Origin: a virus
Taxonomy: Duplodnaviria; Caudoviricetes
Direction: 5' to 3' (one strand)
Virus record (IMG/VR): IMGVR_UViG_3300037483_001258
Coordinates: 1-44,931 of that record
Length of the DNA: 44,931 bases
Position 1 is the stretch's first letter; each line of letters begins with the position of its first letter. The position numbers and the translations under genes are program-made. Below, one piece after another: positions 15,461 to 24,410 of the stretch. Under the pieces are notes generated by a model. It did not search any database. It worked only from the letters and a program-made list of their open reading frames with translations, and was not told the DNA's origin.

Positions 15461-16459
15461 GTGACAAAAGAGGAAGCGATAAAAAAATATTATGAAAAGC
15501 TGCGGGTGAATCGGTACAGTCCAAAATCGATTGACACCTATACTGACGATGTCCGGCAGTATATCGCGTTCATCGTGGCGAATTCGGGCGGGACTCGTGA
15601 TGAGCGGATAGGGAACTTTCTCACGCATCTTGTTGTGAAAAAAAACGTTTCGGCTTCGACGCAGAAACAATACCTCTGCGCAATCATCACGTTCTACCGT
15701 CTGGTGTTCGGCGAAGAAGTCGGGAAACTCATCTACAAACCGTCGTCCCGCCAGAAGCGCCCCCCTGTGGTTCTCTCCCGCGAGGAAGCGTGGCGGGTGA
15801 TGGACAACCTCACCGGCGTGGGCTGGCTCTGGGGCGCAATCATGTGGGGCTGCGGATTGCGGCTCGAAGAGGTGTGCAATCTGCGGGTGAAGGACGTGGA
15901 TCTGGATCGGAAACAGGTGTCCGTGCGTGACGGCAAGGGCGGCAAGGACCGCATCATCCCCCTGGCGGAGTTGCTGGTCGAGCCTGTGCGCACGCATCTG
16001 CGCAATTTGGAGCGGGCGCATGCGGACTACTCCGCGCGCCGGGTCCCGGTCTGGCTGCCTGATGCGCTCGACAGGAAGTACCCTTCGGCGCCGTTTTCGT
16101 GGGAGTGGTTCTGGCTGTTTCCCGCGAGCGGGCCGGTCCAGAATAAGTCGAAGAACCCCGCGATGCACAGCGCCACTCCACTGCTCATGCACGTGCATCA
16201 CTCGGCGGTACAGAAGCGGATCGGCCGCGCCATCCGAGACGCCCGTATCCCGAAAAAAGCGCACTGCCACACCTTGCGGCATTCGTTTGCAACGCACTGG
16301 CTGGAGAACTCCGAGGGCTCTCACGAGATCGCCATTATCCGGCTGCAGAAACTGCTCGGGCATTCCGACCCGACGACGACCATGATTTATCTGCATTGTG
16401 TGAAACAAAAAACGGACGTGCCCTCGCCTCTCGACGTGCCTCTGCGGAGGGCGGCATGA
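15461..16459 (+). CDS. intI: Integron integrase (tyrosine recombinase, IntI family)
   Basis: Catalytic GCGLR, DGKGGKDR, HTLRHSFATH, LLGH, TMIY. The IntI-specific insertion VWLPDALDRKYPSAPFSWEWFWLFPA, N-terminal NVSASTQKQ and C-terminal VPSPLD are present. GTG start with GGAGGT RBS (alternative ATG at 15425). Confidence 0.93.
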   Translation: MTKEEAIKKYYEKLRVNRYSPKSIDTYTDDVRQYIAFIVANSGGTRDERIGNFLTHLVVKKNVSASTQKQYLCAIITFYRLVFGEEVGKLIYKPSSRQKRPPVVLSREEAWRVMDNLTGVGWLWGAIMWGCGLRLEEVCNLRVKDVDLDRKQVSVRDGKGGKDRIIPLAELLVEPVRTHLRNLERAHADYSARRVPVWLPDALDRKYPSAPFSWEWFWLFPASGPVQNKSKNPAMHSATPLLMHVHHSAVQKRIGRAIRDARIPKKAHCHTLRHSFATHWLENSEGSHEIAIIRLQKLLGHSDPTTTMIYLHCVKQKTDVPSPLDVPLRRAA

Positions 16460-16995
16460 CGCCTGTTGCAAATTACGATTTGAAGATAAAAACCCGGATC
16501 AAGCTGGTCCACATCGCAAAACACGAGATCGGAATGTCCGATGACGACTACCGGCTGCTGCTCGCGAACTGGAAAAACAAGCTGACGCGGAAGCCGTGCG
16601 CTTCGAGCACGGAGATGGACTGGCATCAGCTCGGGGAGCTGCTGGTCGCGATGAAGGCGTGTGGGTTTAAGCTGAAACAACGGGGGGCCGGGGGCCGGGG
16701 GCCGGGAAAAACTACAACAGAGGCACCGCGGCCCGCGTGGAAAAAATACGAGTCCTCGATCAAGGGGCTGAAGAACGAGCTCTGCGATCTGGCCCGTGCG
16801 CGGTTCGGCGAGGCGTGGGAGTTGCCGCTGAATAATTTCTGCGCTCGGTTTGGCGTGAAGCGCTGGCAGTGGCTGGACGTGGCGCACGGGAAAGAAGTGA
16901 AGGCGGCGCTGTTGCGGCTGCAAAAGCAAAACAATTTTACCGCAGAGAACGCAGAGGGCGCAGAGAAAAGCAATGAGGAGGAACTCCCGGTTTGA
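16456..16995 (+). CDS. gemA: GemA/Mu gp16-like (DUF1018) protein
   Basis: RIKLVHIAKHEIGMSDDDYRLLL...SSTEMD; ATGA overlap with the intI stop. Confidence 0.8.
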   Translation: MTPVANYDLKIKTRIKLVHIAKHEIGMSDDDYRLLLANWKNKLTRKPCASSTEMDWHQLGELLVAMKACGFKLKQRGAGGRGPGKTTTEAPRPAWKKYESSIKGLKNELCDLARARFGEAWELPLNNFCARFGVKRWQWLDVAHGKEVKAALLRLQKQNNFTAENAEGAEKSNEEELPV

Positions 16996-17222
16996 AGAAC
17001 TTTTCGCAAATGACCACTGAGGAAATATACGCGGACCTGTTCGACGCGCAAGCAAAGGCGCAGATCGTGCGAGAGTCGCCGCTTTACCAGGCCTTGCGTC
17101 GGGAGACGGAGACGCGGTGGTGCTGCGAGTATCTGCGCAAAAAGGACAGGCCGTGCCTTACGTTCAAGGACGGCACGAAGCTGCGGATTCATTTTTGCCC
17201 ACGGTGCGGGCGGGAGTTGTGA
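16992..17222 (+). CDS. Hypothetical protein with C-terminal FCPRCGREL
   Basis: Overlapping start, RBS GAGGAGG. Confidence 0.6.
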   Translation: MKNFSQMTTEEIYADLFDAQAKAQIVRESPLYQALRRETETRWCCEYLRKKDRPCLTFKDGTKLRIHFCPRCGREL

Positions 17223-17296
17223 GACTTTTGGTTCAAACGGTTTAAACGGTTTAAGCGGCTTAAACGGCTTAAACAAAAAATCATCACGGAGGACCA

Positions 17297-17749
17297 ATGA
17301 AAAAGGAAAAACAGCTTGAGGCATTCGAGGCCTTCTGGAAAGACCACTGGCCCAAGTGCCGGCGGCTCGACAAGAAAAAAGCCGCGGACCAATGGATGAA
17401 AATTTCGCCGGAGCGATATCCCGTGATCATGGCGGCCCTGGCGCGGCAGAAAAAGCAGGCTTCGTGGAACACAGGGGATTGCAAGTTCGTCCCCTACCCG
17501 CACCGGTGGCTCAGGGACCGGCGGTGGGAAGACGAGATCTCGCTGCCCGAGGACAAAGACGCGGAGACCCTGGTCGAGGCGCTCGGGCGAAACGAGTCCG
17601 TGCCGCCTGATTTTCCAAGGGACATCATGGTCCGGTTCCGCTCCATGTGCGCGAGGATGCGGTGGACCTGGCCTCTGTTGCATGCGTGGCTGGCGAAGGA
17701 CCCTGCCATGGCGGAGCAGATCAAAAAAGAGTACCTCACAACGAAGTAA
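17297..17749 (+). CDS. Hypothetical protein resembling phage replication-protein C-terminal domains
   Basis: FEAFWKDHWPK...KKKAADQW...FVPYPHRWLRDRRWEDE. Confidence 0.65.
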   Translation: MKKEKQLEAFEAFWKDHWPKCRRLDKKKAADQWMKISPERYPVIMAALARQKKQASWNTGDCKFVPYPHRWLRDRRWEDEISLPEDKDAETLVEALGRNESVPPDFPRDIMVRFRSMCARMRWTWPLLHAWLAKDPAMAEQIKKEYLTTK

Positions 17750-17790
17750 CGCCGGCTCACCGCTGAGACGCAGAGGCGCGGAGAAACACC

Positions 17791-18108
17791 ATGAAAAAAA
17801 AGATTGACTCGAAAATTTTAGAGCGTCTTCCCGGGGATCTGCGGGAACTGGCGGAGATCGTCGGCGACATAGACATCGTGCTCCGGATCGTGGACCGCTG
17901 GAGCGGCACATACATCAACGTCGCGGCGTGCGACGACATCAAGCGCGAGATACGGATCGCCCAGGCCCAGGAGCTGTACGACGCGGGCGGGATCACAATC
18001 CGCGACCTGGCGCTTAGGTTTCACGTCACGGGCCGGACCATGCAGACGTGGCTCAAACTCGAGCCGGAGGACGACGTGCCGCCTCCCCTGCTGGCATTAA
18101 TGAAGTAG
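17791..18108 (+). CDS. mor: Mor/C-family transcription activator
   Basis: LPGDLRELAEIVG...WSGTYINV...TIRDLALRFHVTGRT; last gene before lysis. Confidence 0.85.
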   Translation: MKKKIDSKILERLPGDLRELAEIVGDIDIVLRIVDRWSGTYINVAACDDIKREIRIAQAQELYDAGGITIRDLALRFHVTGRTMQTWLKLEPEDDVPPPLLALMK

Positions 18109-18330
18109 CATACCGGAAACCCTTCTTCCAAAGCTCATCATCTTTTCACTTTCGCAACACCCCCTGTATAGTCCAGCCATTGAACATCCAAGAAGCGCGG
18201 AACCCAAGCGCTTCTTGGATGGCGCGTATCATCGTACTCTCCCCCGAGAGTGATGCCCCACAAGGCCCCGGCGTGCCACCTCCACGCCGGGGCCGCTCCT
18301 ACAACCCGAGGTGGACATGATGGGGTGATC

Positions 18331-18807
18331 ATGGCCGGGCCGAAGATCGACAATTCCGTTTTCGAAGCACTCTCCGAAAGCTATTTGCTCGCGCTCTGCA
18401 TCTGGGCCGAGGCGCGGAACCAGGGCCTGGACGGCATGCAGGCGGTGGGGTCCGTGATCCTGAACCGCGCCGCGCGGCCAGGATGGTGGGGCCGGGACAT
18501 CAAGAGCGTGATCCTCTGCCCGCGTCAGTTTTCCTGGCTGAACAGCAACGACCCGCAGCGGGCCCGGGCCGCGTATATCGCGACACATTTTCTCGACCGC
18601 CTGCCGAAGGACGCGCTGCTCAGGAAATGCCTGTGGGTGGCGATAGGGCTCGTTTCTCCCGCCCGCGAGCTGGGCGGCGCTCCGCTGCTCATCACGAACG
18701 TAGGGAACGCGGACCACTATCACACGACCAGCGTGCAGCCATACTGGCGGCACACGCTACGGCGGGTGCTGCAGCTCCGGGACCATATTTTTTACACGAC
18801 GGTTTAA
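18331..18807 (+). CDS. SleB-like cell wall hydrolase (endolysin)
   Basis: LALCIWAEARNQ, AVGSVILNR, QFSWLN, ADHYH, HIFY. Confidence 0.9.
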   Translation: MAGPKIDNSVFEALSESYLLALCIWAEARNQGLDGMQAVGSVILNRAARPGWWGRDIKSVILCPRQFSWLNSNDPQRARAAYIATHFLDRLPKDALLRKCLWVAIGLVSPARELGGAPLLITNVGNADHYHTTSVQPYWRHTLRRVLQLRDHIFYTTV

Positions 18808-18896
18808 AAGATCAAAAGTTTAAGCGGTTTAAATCCCGCGAAGCGCGGGACAACGGTTTAAGCGGTTTAAACAAAAAGACTTTAAGGGAGGGCACC

Positions 18897-19550
18897 ATGG
18901 ACATTTCGGTAAGAGCCGCAAAACTTATTTTGATCGCGCTGCTCGTCGGCGTTTTGGCGTCGGCCTGCACAATGAGGCTGGTGGAAAAATCCGAGAGCGA
19001 CGGAGACGCGCAAGGATCTGCGGCAATCGCGGCGCTTTTGAAAAAACCGCGCGCGGATAAACCGCCCCTCACCCTGCCCTCTCCCCAGGAGGGTAGAGGG
19101 GAAAAAGCTGAGGCCGCGGTGAGCTCCGCGGTGATCGATGAGCAGCCCCGTCCGTTGCAAGCCGAAGCCCCTGAGCCCGCGTTGCCTACTGCCTCGCCGG
19201 CTGGCGCGCTTGTCTCCGTGCCTGTTTTTTTCGATTTTGACAGCGCGGCGATCCGCGCCGATGCCGCGGACACGCTGACCGCCGTTTTCGAGGGGCTGCA
19301 GGAACTCCCCGCCGCTCGTGTGCGCATCGAAGGCAACTGCGACGAGCGCGGGGCCGCGGGGTACAACGCCGCCCTGGGCCTGCGCCGCGCTGACAGCGCA
19401 AAGGAGTTTTTGGTCCGGCTCGGCGTTCCCCCTTCCCGCATGCAGACTGTGAGCAACGGAGAGGCCGCGCCGCTATGCGCGGACCATAACGAGGCCTGCT
19501 GGACGCGCAACAGGCGCGGCGACATCATCATTGAGCTGACCCATGAATAA
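18897..19550 (+). CDS. Pal/OmpA-family peptidoglycan-binding lipoprotein
   Basis: Lipobox LASAC; VFFDFDSAAI, IEGNCDERG, YNAALGLRRA, VSNGEAAP, NRRG. Confidence 0.9.
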   Translation: MDISVRAAKLILIALLVGVLASACTMRLVEKSESDGDAQGSAAIAALLKKPRADKPPLTLPSPQEGRGEKAEAAVSSAVIDEQPRPLQAEAPEPALPTASPAGALVSVPVFFDFDSAAIRADAADTLTAVFEGLQELPAARVRIEGNCDERGAAGYNAALGLRRADSAKEFLVRLGVPPSRMQTVSNGEAAPLCADHNEACWTRNRRGDIIIELTHE

Positions 19551-19827
19551 GCTCAAGGCGCTCATCGAAAAGCATAAGCCGTTTCTTCTCGCGCTCTCGA
19601 AGTCACGGACCATTCAGGGCATCGTGGCCGCCGCGATCGGCACGGCGCTCTCCTATGCGCAGGCGCACCTGCCCGCGCCTCTGCTCGACGCAGCCGGGGA
19701 ACTGATCACCGCGGGCGCCGCGTCGCTCCAGACCGGCGGCCTCGGCTGGGCAATGTACGGCCGGGTGAAGGCGCGCGGGCCTATAACGACAGAGGGTTCA
19801 AACGGTTTGAACAAAACGCAGCCATGA
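19543..19827 (+). CDS. Putative holin-like membrane protein
   Basis: KSRTIQG, two hydrophobic segments, YGRVKA; lysis cassette position. Confidence 0.6.
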   Translation: MNKLKALIEKHKPFLLALSKSRTIQGIVAAAIGTALSYAQAHLPAPLLDAAGELITAGAASLQTGGLGWAMYGRVKARGPITTEGSNGLNKTQP

Positions 19828-20240
19828 AGGGCGACAAAATCACCTACTGCCGGGGGTACGAGTTTCAGACCCTCGCGGACTACACAATCCAGACGCCGTG
19901 CCGTCCCAAAATGGAGATCGACCGGGCGTTTCTGCGCATGACCACTGACGGGCTGCTCACCATCCGCGCGGGCTATGCCTGGGATGGGCCGTCCGGGCCG
20001 ACGATTAAAACGCCCTCGTCCATGCGCGGCTCGCTGGTGCACGATGCACTGTATCAGCTGATGCGCGAGGAGCTGCTCGGCCTGAGCAACCGGCCCATTG
20101 CGGACCTGATGCTGTACGACCTCTGCCGCGAGGACGGCATGTGGTGGTGGCGCGCGAAGCTGTGGCATCGGGGTGTGAAAAAGTTCGCGGCCTTCGCGGC
20201 CCTGCCGGAAAACTCGTACAAAATTTACACCGCGCCGTAA
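19824..20240 (+). CDS. DUF1353-like protein
   Basis: GYAWDGPSGP, SLVHDALYQ, ADLM. Confidence 0.75.
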   Translation: MKGDKITYCRGYEFQTLADYTIQTPCRPKMEIDRAFLRMTTDGLLTIRAGYAWDGPSGPTIKTPSSMRGSLVHDALYQLMREELLGLSNRPIADLMLYDLCREDGMWWWRAKLWHRGVKKFAAFAALPENSYKIYTAP

Positions 20241-20249
20241 GGAGGCTGC

Positions 20250-20612
20250 ATGAACGAGGTTTTGGCCCAATCCCTGGCAAGCATTATCGCGTATCTCGGC
20301 GCAACGCCGATCCTTTTATTTCTCACGGTCATGGGGCTTGGGCCGTGGGTCATGATCATCTATATCTCCCGGCAGCAGGACAAGCGGATGTCGAAGATGA
20401 TCGCGATGTACGAAAACAACGTGACGCTGGTAAAAAGCTATGAAGGTCTTACCGCCTCGGTCATAAAAATCAACGACAACCTTCAGGACTTGGTGATCCT
20501 TACCACCTCTACCATGCAGACGCTGGTGGAACATATCAAATCAAATCTCTTTTGCCCGCTGGTGAAACAGAGTACGCAGCCCGGCAAAATCGAAGGAGCG
20601 TCCAGACAATGA
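20250..20612 (+). CDS. Membrane protein of the lysis/packaging region
   Basis: N-terminal transmembrane segment plus coiled coil; AAGGAGG RBS. Confidence 0.65.
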   Translation: MNEVLAQSLASIIAYLGATPILLFLTVMGLGPWVMIIYISRQQDKRMSKMIAMYENNVTLVKSYEGLTASVIKINDNLQDLVILTTSTMQTLVEHIKSNLFCPLVKQSTQPGKIEGASRQ

Positions 20613-20848
20613 GCCAGGCGAACATGATCACCCTGGGTGAAATATTGCAGCGAAAACAAAAACAGCTGCAGGCTGTAACCGACGCAAAGGCCGCGCTGCG
20701 CTCCTTGATGAATGATACCGCCTCCACCATGGCAAAGGGCATTGCGGACATGGACGCGGACCTGCTTCAGTCGCACCTTCAGCGCTTTGTTGAAAAGCAG
20801 AATGAGTGGCGGCAGATGGAAAAAGAGATTAAGGAACTGAGCTACTGA
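20609..20848 (+). CDS. Hypothetical coiled-coil protein
   Basis: ATGA-coupled; RBS GAAGGAG. Confidence 0.6.
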   Translation: MSQANMITLGEILQRKQKQLQAVTDAKAALRSLMNDTASTMAKGIADMDADLLQSHLQRFVEKQNEWRQMEKEIKELSY

Positions 20849-21369
20849 TGGGCGTCAACCACACAAAGAAACGGCGGCACTCGAAGTTCTTTTCCTTCCC
20901 GCCGGAGATCCAGCAGCAGATCAAGGACCTGATCCTTGAGCCCTCGGCCACCTATGAGGACGTGGTCGCGTTCCTCGACGCCAGGGGCTACAAGTGGAGC
21001 ACGTCGTCGGTCGAGCGTTTCAGCAAATGGTTCGTGACGGAGATCCGGCAGATCGAGATTTTGCGCGAACAGGCCGGGATGCTGTTGAACGAGCCGGACA
21101 AGGCTCTGCAGCTGGAAAAGCTCACTTCGCAGATGATCACCATGCGGCTGGCAGTGGCGATGCAGGCGGAAGCATTCGACGTGCTTCAGCATGCGAAATT
21201 AATTGACGCATTTTCCAAGCTGCAGCAGTCCTCGACCAAGCGCGAGCAATGGAGCGAAGAGGTAAAGCATAAGATCGGCAAGGCCCTCGCCTCGGTTGAA
21301 AAGAAAATGAAGAACATGAGCAAGGAAGAAATGGTGCTGGCGATGAGAGAGGCTTATGGTCTCGTCTGA
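20848..21369 (+). CDS. Mu gp27-like (DUF3486) putative small terminase
   Basis: RRHSKFFSFPPEI...STSSVERF...REAYGLV; directly precedes the large terminase. Confidence 0.8.
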   Translation: MGVNHTKKRRHSKFFSFPPEIQQQIKDLILEPSATYEDVVAFLDARGYKWSTSSVERFSKWFVTEIRQIEILREQAGMLLNEPDKALQLEKLTSQMITMRLAVAMQAEAFDVLQHAKLIDAFSKLQQSSTKREQWSEEVKHKIGKALASVEKKMKNMSKEEMVLAMREAYGLV

Positions 21370-22738
21370 CAAAATAATCGTCAATCTGTATCCGTATCAG
21401 AAAAGGTGGATACTCGACACCGCGCGTTTCAAGGAAGGCCGGTGGGCGAGGCAGACGGGGAAGTCGTTTTCCTGCGGAGCGGGCATCGTGCTGGACTCCC
21501 GCGAGACGGACAAAAACAAATGGATCGCCATCTCCTCGGGCGAACGCCAGGTAAAAGAATTTATGGAAAAGGTGGAGATGCACGCCAAGATCACCGGCGA
21601 TGTGCTCACCTGGCACGAGGAAACGTTCGGCTATCAGAATGAAGCGGGCTACAAGGAAGAGTACAAAGTCACAGAGTGCCGCCTCCGGAACGGCAGCAAA
21701 ATCATCGGCGTGCCCGCGAACCCGGACACAGCGCGCGGCTACTCCGCGAACGTGTACCTCGATGAGTTCAGCGTGCATAAGCAGTCCCGCGAGATGTGGG
21801 CCTCTGTGTTCCCCATCGTGTCGCGCGGCGGGTTCAAACTCTGGATCACCTACACGCCAAAGGGCAAACAAAACAAAGCCTACGAAATCTCAAACAACAG
21901 CATGTTCTCTCATCACGTCCTCGACATTTACGAGGCCGTGAAACAGGGTTGCCCGCATGACATAGCCATACTCAAGGCCGCGATCGATGACCCTGATCTC
22001 TGGGCGCAGGAGTACGAGGTCCAGTTCCTCGATGAGGCCACGGCGTTTATCACCTACGACATGATTAACGAGGTGGAACACGATAAGGCCGGGTTGCCGG
22101 AGCTGTTTGCCGGCGGGCAGATATTTGTGGGCATGGACATCGGCAGGCGGCGCGACCTCACTGTGCTCTGGGTAAACGAACTTGTAGGCGACGTGGTCTG
22201 GACGCGGGAAATAACTACCATGCTGCGCGCTTCCTTTTCAGCGCAGGAGGCGGAGGTGGACCGCATATTCCGGCAGTACAAACCCTCGCGCATGTGCATG
22301 GACCAGACGGGCATGGGCGAGAAGTTCGTGGAAGACCTGCAAAAAAAATACAGCACGCAGGTTGAGGGCGTGCTGTTCAATCCGGCGGTGAAACTCGACA
22401 TGGCAAACGCATTCCGGCGCAAATTCGAAGATAAGCAGCTCCGCATCCCGATCGACAAAAACACGCGGGACGATATTCACTCCGTTAAAAAGGTAACGAC
22501 CTCGGCGGGGAATATCCGGTTTGACGCGGAACGCAGCGAGAACTCCCACGCGGACCGCTTCTGGGCCGGGGCGCTCGCGGTCCATGCAATGGACAACAGC
22601 GGGCCACCGGCCTTCGTCATCTCCGAACGCGGGCCCGGCGACTACCGGGCCGAACGGCGGCAACGCGGCGGAGACCCCGAGCCGCACCACAACGGGCTCG
22701 GCAGTAAAATTCTCGGCTTGCTCAGGAGACGCGCGTGA
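21356..22738 (+). CDS. Large terminase subunit
   Basis: LYPYQKRW, ARQTGKS, TARGYSANVYLDEF, VGMDIGRRRD, DQTGMG, HADRFWA. Confidence 0.95.
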   Translation: MVSSDKIIVNLYPYQKRWILDTARFKEGRWARQTGKSFSCGAGIVLDSRETDKNKWIAISSGERQVKEFMEKVEMHAKITGDVLTWHEETFGYQNEAGYKEEYKVTECRLRNGSKIIGVPANPDTARGYSANVYLDEFSVHKQSREMWASVFPIVSRGGFKLWITYTPKGKQNKAYEISNNSMFSHHVLDIYEAVKQGCPHDIAILKAAIDDPDLWAQEYEVQFLDEATAFITYDMINEVEHDKAGLPELFAGGQIFVGMDIGRRRDLTVLWVNELVGDVVWTREITTMLRASFSAQEAEVDRIFRQYKPSRMCMDQTGMGEKFVEDLQKKYSTQVEGVLFNPAVKLDMANAFRRKFEDKQLRIPIDKNTRDDIHSVKKVTTSAGNIRFDAERSENSHADRFWAGALAVHAMDNSGPPAFVISERGPGDYRAERRQRGGDPEPHHNGLGSKILGLLRRRA

Positions 22739-24228
22739 AGGATTACGGGAAAGAATTCGAGGCTCGCCTGCTCGCCGGGGTCGTGGCGCGAGTCTCCGAA
22801 GGCCGCCTGACGCCCGCTGCCGCGGAGCACCCGCTGGTATCCGCGATCATCGAGGAGCGCGTACAGCAGGAGTCACGGCTGCAGGCGTCCTCCGCGACAG
22901 ACGAGGCCCAGGGCTGGGTGCGCCTGTCCCTGGACGGGGCCCGGGACCTGACGCCGCTCGACAAGGACCGCGAGCTGGAGCTCGCGTTCCACACCTGGCG
23001 CACAAACCCCATGGGACATTTCCTGATCGAGACCATGGTGTCCTTCGTGTGCGGCGACGGCTTCACCATCAAGGCCGACAACCCGGAAGTAAAAAAGCTT
23101 TGCGAGGCTTTCTGGAACCATCCGATCAACAATCTTGCGGAGTGTTTTGAGAACCATATTCGCGAGCGCGGAATCTTCGGGGACCTCGCCCTGCCCAAGT
23201 TCCTCGGCAGATACTCCGGCCGGGTGGCCGTGTCGTACATCGACCCGCGCGACATCAAGCGGGTGATCGCCGATCCGAAAAACGCGAAGGTCAAGGTCGC
23301 GGTGATCGTCCGGGGCAAAAACTTCATGGACGGGGTGAAATACCGGATCGTGCTGCACCCGGACATCGAGGAGTATTTATCGCCCGAGGCCCAGTCTATA
23401 CGCGAGAGCTGCGGCGCGAACGAGTGCTACTACAGCCTGATCAACAATCTGACGAACGAGAACCGGGGCACGTCTGACCTGTACATCTCCACGGACTGGT
23501 GCGACGGGTACGAGCAGTTCCTGTTCGACTATACGGACCGCTGGCCTCTGCTGAACATGTTCGTATGGGACCTGATGGTCAAGGGCGCGGACGAGACAAA
23601 GCTCAACGAGCGGGTCAAGAATTTCACAAAAAAATCCGGCAGCGTGTACGCGCACAATGAAAACGAGACGCTTGAAGCGAAGACCCCGGACATGAAGGCC
23701 GTGGACGCGGACGCCGGGGCGCGGCTCCTCAGAAACCACATTCTCGGCGCGCACAACATCCCAGAGGTCTACTACGGCGGCGGCGGGGACGCGAACCGGG
23801 CCTCGTCAGAGGAAATGGGCACGCCCTTTTTCCGGAGCATGAGCAGGAAACAAAAGTCCGCGCTCGCCCTGGGCACGTTCATTCTGAGGGACGTGATCCG
23901 CGAGGCGGATTTACGCGGACTGCTGCCGGGGGTCCCTGATGAGGAAAAAAACGCCGAGCTTATGGCTTCGGAGATGGTGGCAAAAGACAATAGCAAATAT
24001 GCCACCGCCATGCAGCAGATGTCCGGGGCGCTGGTCCTGATGAAAAACGAGGGCTGGATAGACCAGGACAACGCAGGGAAGATCGCCGCCTTCATGCTCT
24101 CCTGGATCGGGTATGAGTTCGACTATGACGCCGTGAAGGCCGAGCTTGAAGAAGCGCAGAGGGAAAAAGAGCAGGAGGACTATAAGAAAAAACCCGCGCC
24201 GGACGGTTCGGCGTCAAAGCAGATTTAA
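22735..24228 (+). CDS. Portal protein
   Basis: 497 aa directly after the terminase; RGTSDL and GDANRAS motifs. Confidence 0.75.
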   Translation: MKDYGKEFEARLLAGVVARVSEGRLTPAAAEHPLVSAIIEERVQQESRLQASSATDEAQGWVRLSLDGARDLTPLDKDRELELAFHTWRTNPMGHFLIETMVSFVCGDGFTIKADNPEVKKLCEAFWNHPINNLAECFENHIRERGIFGDLALPKFLGRYSGRVAVSYIDPRDIKRVIADPKNAKVKVAVIVRGKNFMDGVKYRIVLHPDIEEYLSPEAQSIRESCGANECYYSLINNLTNENRGTSDLYISTDWCDGYEQFLFDYTDRWPLLNMFVWDLMVKGADETKLNERVKNFTKKSGSVYAHNENETLEAKTPDMKAVDADAGARLLRNHILGAHNIPEVYYGGGGDANRASSEEMGTPFFRSMSRKQKSALALGTFILRDVIREADLRGLLPGVPDEEKNAELMASEMVAKDNSKYATAMQQMSGALVLMKNEGWIDQDNAGKIAAFMLSWIGYEFDYDAVKAELEEAQREKEQEDYKKKPAPDGSASKQI

Positions 24229-24410
24229 CTGGGGTGAATTTTCCGCGAGTGAAAACCTAAAATAAGGCCCTTGCGGACGGTCACGCGCCGCGTTGTGCGG
24301 CCCGGCCTTTGAAAATTGACGCTACCCCGTTTATAAACGCAATGGGGGGCATAGGCTGAGTCGCGGGAAACGGTTATCGATACCCGGATTCAGATTTCGA
24401 GAAAAAAAGC

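Noticed and set aside
15461-16459. Lambda-type prophage integrase or Gin-like invertase
   Set aside because: It has the IntI-specific insertion and adjacent attC sites. The phage has a DDE transposase for integration, and Gin is a serine recombinase.
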